From Mobula hypostoma (lineage: Eukaryota): 64,000 bases of DNA. This document shows, one piece after another, positions 1 through 13,330 of the stretch. Both the position numbers and the translations under genes were made by a program. The stretch covers positions 181,786,001 to 181,850,000 of the forward strand of contig NC_086097.1 in the NCBI RefSeq assembly GCF_963921235.1, given 5' to 3'. Position 1 is the first letter of the stretch. Every line of letters begins with the position of its first letter. The notes under the pieces were generated by a model. It had not been told where the DNA came from and did not search any database. It saw only the letters and a list, made by a program, of their open reading frames with translations.

Positions 1-440
1 CTGCTTGGACAAGAGGTCATGTGCTATCACGCAAGGCTGGAGAAACTTGAGTTGTTTTCTCTGGAGCAGTGGAGGCTGATGGTTTATAGAGGTTTATAAG
101 ATTATGAGAGGCATAGATAAAGTAGGCAGACAATATCTTTTGTCCAGGGGTGAAATGTCTAATACTTGAGGGCATGCAATTAAGTTGAGAAGGGGTAATT
201 TCAAAGGGATATAAGGGACAAGTTTTTTACACAAACTTGTGGAATCCTGGAATGCAGATAGAGGTAAATACAGATGTTTAGGTAGGTACATGAATGTGAA
301 CAAAATGGAAGGATATGGACATTATGTTGGCAGAAGAGATGAGCTTAGTGAGCCACTTGATTACTAATTTATTTGGTCTGGCATAACATTGTGGGCTGAA
401 AGACCTGGTCTTGTGCTCTACAGTTCTATATTTTCTGTTC
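1..440 (+). mobile_element. CR1-type LINE, 3' fragment (ORF2 C-terminus and 3' UTR)
   Basis: Decayed frame reads LEKLELFSLEQWRL..EVYKIMRGIDKV, the typical CR1 ORF2 tail; closely resembles the copy at 6300-6890 (-). Confidence 0.8.
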
Positions 441-574
441 TCTGTTTATCCTGCCTGATATTTTGCTTCCTAAATCTTAAGCATGCTTCTTTCTTCCTCT
501 TGACTAGATGTTCCACATCTCTTGAAACCAAGGTTCTTTGCTCTGCTATCCTTTCCATTCAGAAAGGATATAAT

Positions 575-785
575 GGCAGGCATGTCCACTGAGGCTATAT
601 GGGTAGAACTCAAAAATAGGAAGGATGCAATCACCCTTATACAATTGTACTACAGACCCCCCAATAGCCACTGGAACATTGAGGAACAGATATACAGGCA
701 GATTAAGGAAAGGTGTAAAAACAATAGGGTTGTTGTCAAGAGGTACTTCAACTTCCCTAATATAAACTGTGACCTTCTGAGTGTG
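575..785 (+). mobile_element. CR1 LINE endonuclease (APE) fragment
   Basis: ORF 522..821 contains EAIWVELKNRK, LYYRPP and FNFPNIN (degenerate GDFNFPDINW). Confidence 0.75.
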
Positions 786-957
786 GATTTTCAGGCTCCT
801 GTACCTCCTCCCTGGTGGTAGTAATAAGAAGTGGGCATGTCCTAGAATTGAAGGTTGTTAATGATAGATGATGTCTTCTTGAAAGCTGTCCTTGAAGGTC
901 TGGGGTTAGAGGGTTGCATGGGAATGTGTCAGTGCTTACTGTGAGAGTACCATCTGC

Positions 958-2210
958 AAAGTTCAAAGTAAGTTTATTATCAAAGTACATAAATGTCACC
1001 ATATACAACCCTGAGATTAATTTTCTTGTGAGCATACTCAATAAATCCAAAAACCATAATAGAATCAATGAAAGACTGCATCAAAGGTGCGGACCAGTAT
1101 GCAAAAGACAACAAACTGTGCAAGTACAAAAAAAATTAATAATAATAAATATCAAGAACATGAGATGAAGAGTCTTTGAAAATGAATCCGTAAGTTGTGA
1201 GAACAGTTAAGTGATGGGGCATTTTAAGTTGAGTGAAGTTATCCCCTCTGATTCAGGAGCCTAATGGTTGAAGGTTCATAACCTGGTGGTGTGAGTCCTG
1301 AGGCCCTTGAACCTTCTTCCTGATGGCAGTAGTGAGAAGACAGCATGATCTGGGTGGTGGGGTCCATGATAATGGATGCTTCTTTCCTATGATAACACTT
1401 CATGTAGGTGTGCTCAATGGAGAGGAGGACTTTACACGTGATGGATTGGTCAGTATCCACTACTTTTTGTAGGATCTTCCATTAAGGACATTGGTATTTC
1501 CATACCAGGCTGTGATGCAACCCCAGTCAATGTACTCTTCACCGCACATCTATGGAAGTTAGTCAAAGTTATAGATGACATGTTGAATCTTCACAACTCC
1601 AAAGGCGCTGCTGTGCTTTCCAAGGCAGGTCCTCTGAAATGATAACACTGAGGAATTTTTAAGTTGCTGACCCTCTCCACCTCTGATCCTCCGATGAGGA
1701 CTGGCTCATGAACTTCTGGTTTCCTGCTCCTCGATCTTGCTGACATTGAGTAAGAGGTTGTTGTTGTGGCATCACTCAGCCAGATTCTCAATCTCCCTGC
1801 TATATGCTGATTCATCGCCACCTTTGATTTGGCCTATGACAGTGGTGTTGTCAGCAAACTTGTATATGGCATTGGAGCTGTGCTTAGCCACACAGTCATA
1901 AGTGTAAAACGGTTAGAGCAGGGGGCGAAGCACACAGCCTTGTGGTGTACCTGTGCTAATGGATATTGTGGAGGAGATGTTGTTGGAACTGTAAGTGAGG
2001 AAATCGAGGATCCAATTGCATAAGGAGGTATTGGGTCCAAAGTCTCAGAGTTTAGTGATTAGTTTTGAGAGGATGATGGTATTGAACACCAAGTTATGGT
2101 CAATAAAGAACATCCTGATGTATGCATCTTTGCTGTCCAGATGTTCCAGGGTTGAGTGAAGGGCTAATGAAATGGCATCTGCTGTGGACCTGTTGCGGTG
2201 CATTTTGGAG
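958..2210 (-). mobile_element. Rex1/Babar-type LINE, 3' fragment
   Basis: Minus-strand remnants [25 protein letters not shown] and the RT/3' UTR region; the element 3' end lies near 958-985. Confidence 0.7.
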
Positions 2211-2327
2211 TGAACTCTGTAAGATGATGCAGGAGGGAGGGGTGTGAATTGGCAAAGAAGTCTTTGAGTACCCAGTGTTACCTGCAGTGATTTTGATTGA
2301 ATGTATCAACGATTGGAGGTCTCAAGA

Positions 2328-2504
2328 CAACAGGAATTCTGCAGACGCTGGAAATTCAAGCAACACACATCAAAGTTGCTGGTGAACGCGGCAAGTCGGG
2401 CAGCATCTCTAGGAAGAGGTACAGTCGATGTTTCAGGCTGAGACATCGAGTGTACCTCTTCCTAGAGATGCTGCCTAGCCTGCTGCGTTCATCAGCAACT
2501 TTGA
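2328..2504. mobile_element. Penelope-terminus-derived fold-back mini-insertion
   Basis: Imperfect 66-bp inverted arms 2370-2435 and 2439-2504; 13-bp TSD GGAGGTCTCAAGA (2315-2327) / GGAGGCCTCAAGA (2505-2517). Confidence 0.8.
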
Positions 2505-3782
2505 GGAGGCCTCAAGAGGAGTGCAGATGATGCTTAATATTTATGGCAGGTACCAGGAAGATGGTTACACTTTCTGGGAAGTGTGTCAGTCAGAGTAAAA
2601 GGATCAGCATTTAGCAGAAACCTCGGTAGGGAAAGGGTCGTTATTAGCCATGGGTCTCAGAGAAACTGACATTTGCAGGGAATTAGGGGAGAAGATCAGG
2701 TTGTTCACCATTCCTGGGAGAATCTGGCATTTGCAGGGAGGCTTGGCAGAAGGTCACTATTTTTGATTATTGGTGTTGGGCTGGAGTTGTGGGTGAACCT
2801 ACCATTTGAGCCTGGTGTGTATCTACTTCTCACACTTCTTATAAAATCAGAGAAGTAGAATGGCTGAACTGGTTGCTGTGGCATTTTGTGGGATGGGTGA
2901 ATGTGAGCAGGGTATGAAATTATTCACAGGAGTCCAGAACCTCTCAATGGCCAATTCACTGAGAGGCAGAAGCCCAGTGGAGGTCCCAGCTGGGTGACTC
3001 CTGACTGAGAGGCACAGGGTCAGTGGACGAGCTCAAAAGTTGCGAGTGCAATGAATGGAAATAGTCTAGGCAAAACCACCTTTTGCCCTGTGTGTGTCTC
3101 TCTCTCCCTCTCTCTGTCTTTCTTTATGTATCTCTGTGTGTCTCTGGATGCCCCATTAAAGCAGCAATGAGTTGAAGAAATATCAGGACTGAAGGTACTT
3201 TTTTGGAAATGAAACAAGAGAAGTTCCACCTACCATCGTCCCTCAGCTGATCAACCTCTCCTCTCCCATGCTTGCAGAAGTCCTGAAATAGAATCAATAT
3301 GGGGACCTCATCATCACCACCACTGCTGTGAAGGGCATGCCCATCCACAAAGGAATTGCTTGAAATTGTCACAGCACAAACACTGGAGGCAACGTTTGGG
3401 CCGTGCCATCTACCCTTCAATCATTTGGTACTTGAATCAACTTGCACAACCCTCATTACTACCTCAGTACCGCAGTATTATGACCACATTGCACTGCAAT
3501 AGGCTTCGTTTTTTGTGTTCTTTCTTGTAGAAAGTATTATATAATTTGTTTTTCTTGTGCATGCTGATTATCTGATGCTGTATGCCTGATAAACTGCTGC
3601 AAATTAATTACTTTATTATTATCACGTGTACTGAGGTCTAGTGTCTTGTATACTGTTCAGTCGGATCAATTCACTGCACAGTGCATTGAAGTAGTACAAG
3701 GTAAAACAATAATAATGCAGAGTAAAGTGTTAGAGTTACAGATAAAGCACAATGCAGGCAGACAATAAGGCATTATTATCAC

Positions 3783-5000
3783 AGAATGTAGAATGTAGCA
3801 CAGTACATGTCCTTGGACCACTGTGTTATACTGAACCATTACCTATTCTAAGATCAATCTAACCTTTCCCTCACACATAGCTCTTCATTTTTCAATCATC
3901 CATGTGCCTATCTAAGAGTTTCTTAAATGAACCTAATGTATCTGCCTCTATCACTACTTCTGGCAGCGAATTCCACATACCTTCCACTCTCTGTATATAC
4001 AATATAAAAAAACTAACTCTGGCATCATTCCATACTTTCCTTCAAAATACTTAAAGCTTTGCCCCCTGTATTAGCTACTCGCACCCTGGGAAAAAGTCTC
4101 CAGCTGTCCACTCTATCAATGCCTCTTGTCATCTTGTGCACCTCTATCAAGTTATTCTCATCCTTCTCTTCAAAGAAAAACACCCTAGCTCGCTCAACCT
4201 TTCCTCATTAGACATGCTTTCTAATCCAGACAGCATCCTGGTAAATCTCCTCTGAGGCACTCTAAATGTCCCACGTCTTTCCTATAATGAAGTGACCAGA
4301 ACTGAACACAACTCTTCATCTGTAGTGTAACCGGAGTTTTATAGCACTGCATTATTGCCTTGTGGCTCTTGAGTTCAGTCCCCCAAATAAGAAGGCAAAT
4401 GGCATTTTGACCTTTATTACAAAAAGGTTGGAGGGCATGTTGCAGTTGTACAGGGGGTTGATGAGGCCCCACCTGGAGTGCCGTGTGCAGTTTTGATTCT
4501 CTGACTTAAAATTGGACCTAGTCATATTGGAAGTAGGTGTAAAGGAGATTCACCAGGGTAATTCCTGGAGTGTGAGTTTGTCCTACAAAGAGAGGCTAAA
4601 TAGTTTGGGTCTGTATTCCTTCGAGTTCAGGAGATTGGCGGGGGGGGGTGGGGGGAGAAGTTATTCAAACATGCAAGATCCTAAGGAGGTTTGACAAGGG
4701 TATTGGAATGTTTTCACCATCGGGAGATTCTTGAGTAAGGGGACATAACTACAAGGTAAAGAGACGGTCATTTAAAATGAGGATACATAGAAATTCTTTC
4801 AGCAAAAGGTTACTGGATTCTCAACTCCAAATATTTAAAGTGGGGATGGATAAATATGTGATAGATCGAGTAACCGAGGAGTATGGAGCAATAACACTAA
4901 AGAGGAGATGGGCCCAGTGTAGATCGGCCACAGTCACACTGAATGCAGGGCCTGTTTGAGGGGCTGTGACCTATTCTTGCTGATATTTTCTGTTTTCATG
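3783..5000. mobile_element. Two divergently oriented CR1 3' fragments (about 3783-4390 -, about 4390-5000 +)
   Basis: CVQFWSLHYRKDV on - (ORF 4221..4472); RPHLECRVQF and YKERLNSLGLYSFEFRRL on +. Confidence 0.75.
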
Positions 5001-5044
5001 GTGAGCGCCAGGAATACTACCGGTGCATGCTGGGAACATGAGTG

Positions 5045-5250
5045 TTTGGAGATGCTGGGACCTATACGTAACTGGAGAAATTCAGCAGGTCACGCAGCAT
5101 CTGTGGTACAAGAAACAGTTCATGTTTCAGATCAATACTGACGGGACATTAATTGTTTTTCTCTTTCTATAGATACTGCATGATGTACTTGGTGTTTCCA
5201 GCATTATATTTTTTTCTGCCTCAGGTTTCCTACATCTGCAGGATTTTGCT
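5045..5250. mobile_element. Old, degenerate Penelope-terminus inverted repeat
   Basis: GATGCTGG...CAGCAGGTCACGCAGCATCT followed by a decayed reverse-complement arm ending CATCTGCAG. Confidence 0.5.
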
Positions 5251-6299
5251 TTTCATTTATTGTCCAAATCACAATTTTGCCTCTTTAAATCCTCCTCACA
5301 GCCTATTCCATCTCACACTAAGACGCAGCTTTGTGTCATCTGCATTCTTGAAGTGTTACATTTGATTTCCTCATCCAAATCACTGATACATTTAGTGAAT
5401 ATGGGTCCAACGTCCAGCAGTGAGCCCTTAGCAGCCCATTTGTCTCTGCTTACCATGGGAAAATATCCAGTTTATTCCTTTTCTTTTTCATGTCTATCAA
5501 CCATACCAATCATTTCCTCAAATTCCAACTGCTTCAGTTTTGCTTGCTAACCTGTTATAAAAATCCTTTTGAAAGTCGAAATGCACTACCACCACTGGTT
5601 CTCTATTGCTGATCCTATAAGTAACACCCTCGAAAGAAAACCCAGGCAGATTTATTGAGCAGGAATTGCCTTTCATAAACACATGCTGATGCTCCCAATT
5701 CTATTGATCCTTTCTAAGTGTTCTGTTCTTACATAATATAGTGCAGTGCTTTTCCCCACCACTGATGTTAATTTACCTGGTCTAAAGAGAAGTCATCCAC
5801 CATCCACTGAGGCTTTGTTCGGCATTGGTCAGACCACACTTGAAGAATTGTGAGCAGTTTTGGACCCCTTATCTGAGAAAGGATGTTGCTGGCTTTGGAG
5901 AAGGTCTAGAGAGGATGATCCTGGGAATGAAAGGGTTAACATATGAGGAATGTGTGATGGCTCTGGGCCTGTAATCACTGGAGTTTGGAAGAATGGGAAG
6001 TGGAGGGAAATCGCATTGAAACCTATTGAATGTTGAAAGGAGTAGGCCTTTCAGAAAATCAGACAGTATTAATGGAGAGAGAAAACAGTTCACTTTTCAA
6101 CAGAAGTGAAAGATGTCGCAGATTATTAATTGTTTTTTTAAAGTTTTATCTTGATTAACAAGTTATTTTAAGTTGTATCTTATTCTATAACACAACAGAG
6201 AATGATTGGTGTCTTCATGTGCTTTAGTTTGCTCTCAAGTTATTAATTAAACAGAATGAGCATATGTCATTTTGTGGTACAAATGAATCTGGGGTTCGA

Positions 6300-7335
6300 A
6301 CATACTGCAGAACAGAGAACAGTACAACATAGGAATAGGCCCTTTGGCCCACAATGTTGTGCCAAACCAATTCGCAATCAAATAGCCAACTCAACTGAAC
6401 CCCCTGTCTACACAAGGTCCATATCCTTCCGTTTTCCTCACACTCATGTGCCCATCCAAATGTCTCTGGAAAGTCTCCTATGTACCTACCTCTACCAGCG
6501 CTCCAGGAAGTGCATTCCAGACACCCACCACTCTCTGTACAAAAATTACCCCTCGCATCTCTTTTTAAATTACCCACTCTCACCTTAAATGCATGCCCTC
6601 TGGTATTGGACATTTCAACCTTGTGATAATGATACAGTCTGTCTGCTCTGTCTATGCCTCTCATAATTTTATAAACCTCCATCAGGTTTACCCTCAGACT
6701 CCACCGATCCAGAGAAAACATCCCAAGTTTCTTCAAGGTTTCATTATAGCACATGCCCTCTAATCTAGGCAACGTCCTGGTAAACCTCTTCTGCACCCCC
6801 TCCATAGCCTCAACATCCTTCCTAAAATGGGATGACCAGAACTGTATGCAATTTAGCCTAACTAGACTTTTATAAAGCTGTAACATAACTTCTTGACTTT
6901 TGAACTCAATGCCTCAACGAATAAAGGCAACCATGCCATATGTCTTCTTAATCGCCCTATCAACCTGTGTAGCCACTTTCAGGGAACTATGAACTTGGAC
7001 CCCAATTTCCCATGCTCATGTATGTTGTTAAGCTTCCTGCCCTGAACATTGTATTGTCTGTACATTTGACCTATGAAGGTGCCACACTTCACATTTGTCC
7101 ACATTAAACTCCATCTGCCATTTCTCTGCCCATATCTGCAACTGGTCAATATTCTGTTGTACTATTTGCCAGTCACTTACAATATCCACAGCACCACCAA
7201 TCTTCATATCATCTGCAAACTTAGTAACCCACCCAACTACATTTGCAACTGAGTCATTTATTTATATATATATATATCAATCACAAACAGCAGAGGTCCC
7301 AAAACAGATCCCTGTGAAACACCACTAATCACAGA
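6300..7335 (-). mobile_element. CR1 LINE 3' fragment
   Basis: ORF 6224..6886: LYKSLVR..CIQFWSSHFRKDVEAMEGVQKRFTR..LGMFSL..NTRGHAFK; upstream KFADDMKIGG on the - strand near 7200-7220. Confidence 0.9.
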
Positions 7336-9396
7336 CCATGACATTGGAGCAGAATTAAGCCATTCAACCCATCGAGTCTGCTCTGCCATTTCATCATGGC
7401 TTATTCATTTCCTCCTCAACTCCATTCTCTTGCCTTCTCCCCTTAACCTTTTATGCACTAACTAATCAAGAACCTATTAATCTCTGCCTTAAATGCACCC
7501 AGTGACCTGACCTCCACACCCACCTGTGGCAACGAATTCCACAGATTCACCACCCTCTGGGTAAAAAAATTCCTCCTCGCCTCTGTTATAAATGAACATC
7601 CACTCTATCTAGGCCTTTCAAGATTTGATAGGTTTCCATGAGATCTCCCTTTCATTCTTCTCAATTCCAGTGAGTACAAGCCCAGAGTCTTCAATTGCTG
7701 CTCATCTAATAACCCTTTCATTACATCCCCATGAACCTTCTCTGAACCCTTGACAATGTCAGCACGTTCTTTCAAAAATAAGGGGCTCAAAACTGCTCAC
7801 AATACTCCAAGTGAGGCCTCACCAGTGCTTTATACAGTCTCGGTATTATATCCTTGCTTTTATATTCTGGTCCTCTTGAAATGAATGTGAACGTTGCATT
7901 CACCTTCCTCACCACCATTTCAACCTGAAAATTAACCTTTAAGAAACCCAACACAAGAACTCCAAAATCCCTTTGCAATTCAGATTTTTGAGTTTTCTCC
8001 CTGTTTAGAAAATAGTCTATGATTTTATTCCATCTATCAAAATGCATGATCATACACTTGCCGATGCTGTATTCCATCTACCACCTCTTTGCCTATTCTT
8101 CTAATCTAAGTCCTCCTCTGCTTCTTCACCATTACCTGCCCCTCCACCTATCTTCATATCCTCCATAAAACTGGACACAAAGCCATCAATTTCATCAGCT
8201 AAATTGTTGACATACAACTTAGAAAGAAGCAGTCCCAACACAGACCCCTGTGGAACACACTAGTCACTGGTGGCCAATCAGAAAAGGATCCCTTTATTCC
8301 CACTCTCTGCATCCTGCTAATCAGCCAGTGCTCTATCCATGCTGGAATCTTTCCAGTAATACCATGGGCTCTTATCTTGTTCAGCAGCCTCACGTGCAGC
8401 ACCTTGTCAAAGGGCTTCTGAAAATCCAAGTACAGTACACAACATCCACCAATTTTCTTTTGTCTATCCCGGTTGTTATTTCTTCAAAGTAGACCAACAG
8501 ATTTGTCAGGCAAGATTTACCCTTAAGGCAATCATGCTGACTTTGGCTAATTTGTCATGTGCCTCCTGATATCCTGAAACCACATCCGTAACAATTGATT
8601 CCAACATCTTCCCAACCACTGAGGTCAGGTTAACTGGCCTATATTTTCATTTTTTCCTCTCTCCCTTCTTGGAGTGACATTTTGCAATTTTCCAGTCCTC
8701 TGGAACCATGCCAAAATCTATTGATTCTTGAAAGATCATTATCAATGCCTCCACAATCTCTTCAGCTACCTCTTTCAGAACCCTGGAGTGGGGTCGATCG
8801 GGTCCAGGTGACTTATCTAACTTCAGACCTTTCAGTTTCCCAAGCACCATCTCCCTAGTAATTACAATTGAACTCCTTGACATTCTCGAACTTCTGGCTT
8901 TCTAGTCAGGTCTTCCACAGAGAAAACTGTTGCAAAATACCTATTCAGTTTGTCCACCATGCATCATTTTTCAGCAATCCAATATCTACTCTCATCTCTC
9001 TTTTACTCTTTATATATCTGAAGAATCCTTTGGTATCATTTTCGATGTTGTTGGCTAACTTAGATATTTAATCTTTTCCTCCCTTATGGTTGTTTTTTAG
9101 TTGCCTTCTGATATATTTTTTAAATTTCCCAATTCTCTAACTTCCCACTAATTTTTGCTCTATTATATGCCCTCCCTTTAGCTTTGACTTCCCTTGTCAG
9201 CCCCAGTTACATCAACCTGCCTTTAGAATTCTTACTCTTCTTTGGGATGTGTCTATCCTACGCCCTCCAGATTGCTCCCAGGAACTCCAGCCACTGCAGC
9301 TCTGCTGTCATCCTTGCTAATGCTCCTTTCCAATCAACTTTGGCTTGCTCTTCTCTCATGCCTCTGTAATTCCCTTTACTCCACTGTAGTACCAAT

Positions 9397-11110
9397 CATC
9401 ATCATCATCAGGTGCCATGCCCAGTTTGAGCTTTGACTGCCATGGCCCACACACTCCTGTTTCGGGTCAAGTGGATCAATTCATTGGTATTCATTTCCAG
9501 TTCTCTGGCTGCTGTTTCCATCATCATTTGTCTTTGTCTTCCTCTTGCTTTCTTCCCTTCAATCTTTCCCTTAATTACCGTGCATTCTAACTCCTCTTTC
9601 CTCATCACATGTCCAATGAAGTTACGTTGCCTTTTCATGATCTCATACGTTATTTCTCTTTTTGTGTTTGCTCTGTTCATGACATCCTCGTTAGATAATT
9701 GTTTTGTCCATGATATTCTTTGCATCCTCCTCAAAAACCACATATCTGCTGCTTCAATTTGTTTCCTCATGTTACTAGATATTGTCCAACATTCTGAGCT
9801 ATATAACATAACTGGATAAATGTAACATTTCAGTACTCTGAGGTGGGTTGCCATGCCTAGTTTAGTATTGGTTAGTATACTCTTCATTCTCGTAAGAGTG
9901 TCTTTTGCCATCCCAATTCTTTTTTTGATGTTCAAGTCGCATCTGCCATCTGATGTCACCCAGCTTCCTAAGTAGCAAAAGTTCTGTACTTGTTTTATGT
10001 CTTCCCTGTTTATTCTCAGTCTGCAGATAGGATTCTCCTTCTTTTTGGATATCACCACACATTCTGTCTTTTTGCAATTGATAGATAGACCCATTTTTTC
10101 ACTTTCTTCAACAATTATATCAATTAAGTTTTGTAGTTCTTCCTCCATACTTGCAATTAACACAGTGTCATCTGCATATCTGAAATTATTGATGTTATCG
10201 CCAACTTTGATTCCCAAGATGTCTGTTATTTTTTGTAATATTGTTTCACTGTACACATGAAATAAATCAGGGGAGAAAACACACCCTTGTCTAATGCCTC
10301 TCTTGATTTTCGTAAACTGATTCACTTCTCCATCTATTCTTACAGCGGCAGTTTGTTCCCAGTACAGATTTGTGATTAGGCGGAGGTCTTTCGAATCTAG
10401 GTCTAGAGTTTTCTGTAATATTTCAAGTAACTTATTGTGCTTCACTTTATCAAATGCTTTTGTGAAGTCAATAAAACAAACAAACAAATCTTTTTGCACT
10501 TGAATAGCTTGTTCTGATAGTATCCTTAACATCAATATTGCGTATCTTGTACCTTTGTCTTTCACAAAACCACATTGTTTTTTGCCTATTTCAGCTTGCA
10601 TCTTACTTTTAGCTCTTGTCATCAAAATTCTTAGAAGTATCTTGGTGATATGACTCATTAAACTTATGGTCCTATGTAATTCACATTCTATTGCTCCAGG
10701 TTACATCAACAAATCAAGAATATCACTGGTAAAAAGCTTCTCTGTTCTTCAGGTGGATGTTTGAAAGCAAAGGACGGTACCATTATCATGGAAAAAGATG
10801 AGATTATGAACAGATGGACTGAGTATATTCAGGAATTGTTTGAAGACGATTGAGGCGAAAAACCAGAAATTAAGAAAAACATTGAAGGTCCAAGTATTTT
10901 AAAATCTGAAGTTCGTAATGCAATATATAAGATGAAGAAAGGAAAGGCAGCAGGCCCTGATGAATTAGTAATAGAACAAATTATCGCCCTTGAAGATTAT
11001 GGAATTGAAAAACTTACTGATTTAATCAATGAGACCGGAATAATACCAGAAGAGATGAAAAAAATCAGTATTTATCACTCTTCCTAAGAAACCTGGAGCA
11101 ATAGAATGTG
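9397..11110 (-). mobile_element. RTE-clade (BovB-like) LINE, 5'-truncated with a 5' inversion
   Basis: Non-inverted part 9397-10702 (-) with a (TGA)n tail; inverted part about 10701-11110 (+) encoding RWTEYIQELF..KAAGPDEL..LPKKPGAIEC; 12-bp TSD TGTAGTACCAAT. Confidence 0.92.
9408..10658 (-). pseudogene. Reverse transcriptase ORF of the RTE copy (open 416 aa, N-terminally truncated)
   Basis: QCGFVKDKGT, FIDFTKAFDKV, GIRQGCVFSP, RYADD, FCYLGS and C-terminal GKIEGKKARGRQR, typical of RTE-clade RT. Confidence 0.9.
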
Positions 11111-11199
11111 TAGTACCAATACACCTGACTTCAGCTTCTTTCAAATTGCAGGGTGGATTCTATTATATTTGTTTTATATTATTCTATTCTCAACTAGAA

Positions 11200-11586
11200 A
11201 TAATCCCTTCAACCACTACTCTCTGACTTCCATAGGCAAGCCAGTTTTGAATTCAAATGGCTAATTCATCTTGGGTCCCATGTATCTTAATCTTCTGGAT
11301 GAGCCTCCCATGAGGTACCTTGTCATAACACCTTACTAAGTTCCACAGCTGTACCTTCATCAACAACCCTCATCACCTCATCAAAAACTCAATCAAGTTA
11401 GTAAGACATGACTTGCCCGACATAAAGCCATGCTGGTTCTCCATATTAGATTTTCTAAATTCTCATTAATCCTATCCCTAAGAATTCTCTCCAGTAATTT
11501 CCCTACCACCAACTGGAGGCACACCAGTATACAGTTTCCAGGATTATACCTGGTCCCCTTCCTGAACAATGGAATAACATCAGCTA
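11200..11586 (-). mobile_element. CR1 RT fragment
   Basis: DVIPLFRKGTRYNPGNCILV..VVGKLLERILRDRI (ORF 11393..11629). Confidence 0.75.
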
Positions 11587-11587
11587 T

Positions 11588-11718
11588 AAACAAGAGGAAA
11601 TCTGCAGATGCTGGAAATCCAAGCAACACACAAAATACTGGAGGAACTCAGCAGGCCAGGCAGCATCTATGGAAAAGAGTACAGACGATGTTACAGGTTG
11701 AGACCTTTTGGCAGGACA
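11588..11718 (-). mobile_element. Penelope terminal repeat copy with decayed hammerhead motif
   Basis: AAATCTGCAGATGCTGGAAATCCAAGCAACACAC...GCAGCATCTATGG; the minus strand reads GTCCTGCCAAAAGGTCTCAACCTGTAACATC, a broken CUGANGA/GAAA core. Confidence 0.7.
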
Positions 11719-11721
11719 GTC

Positions 11722-12070
11722 AGCAGGATGTGGAGAGGATGTTTCCTATGGTAGGAGAGTCTAGGACCACAGGACACAGCCTCTGAATAGAGGGGAATCC
11801 TTTTAGAATGGAGATGAGGAAGAATTTCTTTAGCCAGAGAGTGGCGAATCTGTGGAATTTGTTGCCTCAGGTGGCTGTGGAGGCCAAGTCTTTACGTATA
11901 TTTAAGGCGGAGGTTGAAAGATTCTTGATTGGTCAGGGCATGAAAGGATTTGGGAGAAGGCAAGAAATTGGAACTGAGAGAAAAAAGGATAAGACATGAT
12001 GTAATGGCAGAGCATACTCGATGGGCCAAGTGGTCTAATTTGGTTCCTATATCTTATGGTTTTATGGTTG
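11722..12070 (+). mobile_element. CR1 3' fragment
   Basis: DVERMFPMVGESRTTGHSL, RKNFFSQRVANLWNLLP. Confidence 0.85.
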
Positions 12071-12071
12071 T

Positions 12072-13330
12072 TTCTAATCTGCACAGACTGTGGTCTTTTG
12101 GTTAGGAAGTCAAGGAGCAAATTGCAGAGGGAGGTACAGAGGGCCAGGTCCTGGAGCTTTTTGATCAGAACTACAGGAATGATTGTTAAACGCTGAGCTA
12201 AAGGCAATAAACAGCATCGTGACATAGGTACTTGAATTGTCCAGGTGATCCAAGGCCACATGAAGAGCCAATGAAGATCACATCTGCTGTAGATCTATTG
12301 TGGCGAAAGGCAAGTTTACAATGGTTGCAGGTCCTTGCTGAGACAGGAATTAATTCTAGCCATAATCAGCCTTTTAAAGCACTTCATCACCATAGATATG
12401 AGTACTACTAGAGGACAGTTTTAGGGCAGTCTTTAGGACAGTTCGCCCTGCTCTTCTTGGGCACTGGTATAATTGTTGCCCTTTTGAAGCAGGTGGGAAC
12501 TTCTGACTGTAGCAATAAGAGATTGAAGATATTTTTGAATACTCTCACCAGTTGGTTGGCACAGGTTTTCAGAGCCCTACCAGGTACTCCACTGGGGCCT
12601 GTCGCCTTGCAAGGGTTCACCCTCCTGAAAGACAGCCTGACATCAGCCTCTGGGACAGAGAACACAGGGTCATCGGATGCTGCAGAGATCTTCACAGCAG
12701 TAGTTTTACTCTCCCTCTCAAAGTGTGATTAAAAGGCGTTGAGTTCACCTGGGAATGAAGCTTCACTGCCATTCAGGATATTTAGTTTCGCTTTGGAGGA
12801 AGTAATGGTTTTACAAACGTTGCAGCGTTGATGTGCATTGGATTTCGCCTCTAACTTTGTTTGGAACTGTTCCTTTGCTCTTGAGATAGCCCTCTGCGAG
12901 TCGTACCTGGTTTTCATGTACAGACCTGGGTCACTTGACTTGAATGTTACAGATCTAGCCCTCAGCAGACTATAAACCTCATGGTTCATCCACGGCTTTT
13001 GATTTGGGTATGTATGGTATGATCTTGTAGACACGCACTCACCCACACAGGTTTTAATGAAGTCAGTGACAGCTGTGGCATTCCCATTCAGACACAAAGA
13101 TGAATCCCTGAGTATAGTCCAGTCCACCAATTCAAAGTAGTCCTGTAAGAATTCCTGTGCTTCCCTTGTCCATACCTTCTTGGCCCTCCTTCTGATGCGA
13201 CAGTGTTCAGTCTCTGCCCACACTCAGGGAGAAGAAGTATGGCGAGGTGATCAGACTTTCCAAAGTGTGGGCATGAGATAGGATGTTAAGCACTCTTGAT
13301 GGTGGTGGAACAGTGGTCCTGTGTGTTGGT
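12072..13330 (-). mobile_element. Rex1/Babar LINE fragment (endonuclease end to RT)
   Basis: YPNQKPWM, KATGPSGVPGRALKTCANQL..IFNL, FKRATIIPVPKK, LCNLLLDFLTKRPQSV. Confidence 0.85.

Larger units (their letters stand above)
7335..11170 (-). mobile_element. CR1 LINE (endonuclease end, RT and 3' UTR) interrupted by an RTE insertion
   Basis: ORFs with KSPGPDRPHSRVLKEVAEEI, DFQKPFDKV, LYKALVRPHLEYC; the frame ..EKLKSGVLVLQWSKGNYRGM.. joins across the RTE target duplication (9385-9396 / 11109-11120). Confidence 0.85.

Noticed and set aside
3090..3145. TG/TC microsatellite-like tract (also 14200-14245)
   Set aside because: Common low-complexity sequence with no further structure.
3234..3282. Exon-like segment on - (TTTCAG|GACTTC...GATG|GTAGGT, DFCKHGRGEVDQLRDD), considered as part of an upstream neighbour such as TMUB1
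   Set aside because: The peptide matches nothing I recognise, including TMUB1; isolated splice-like signals are common by chance.
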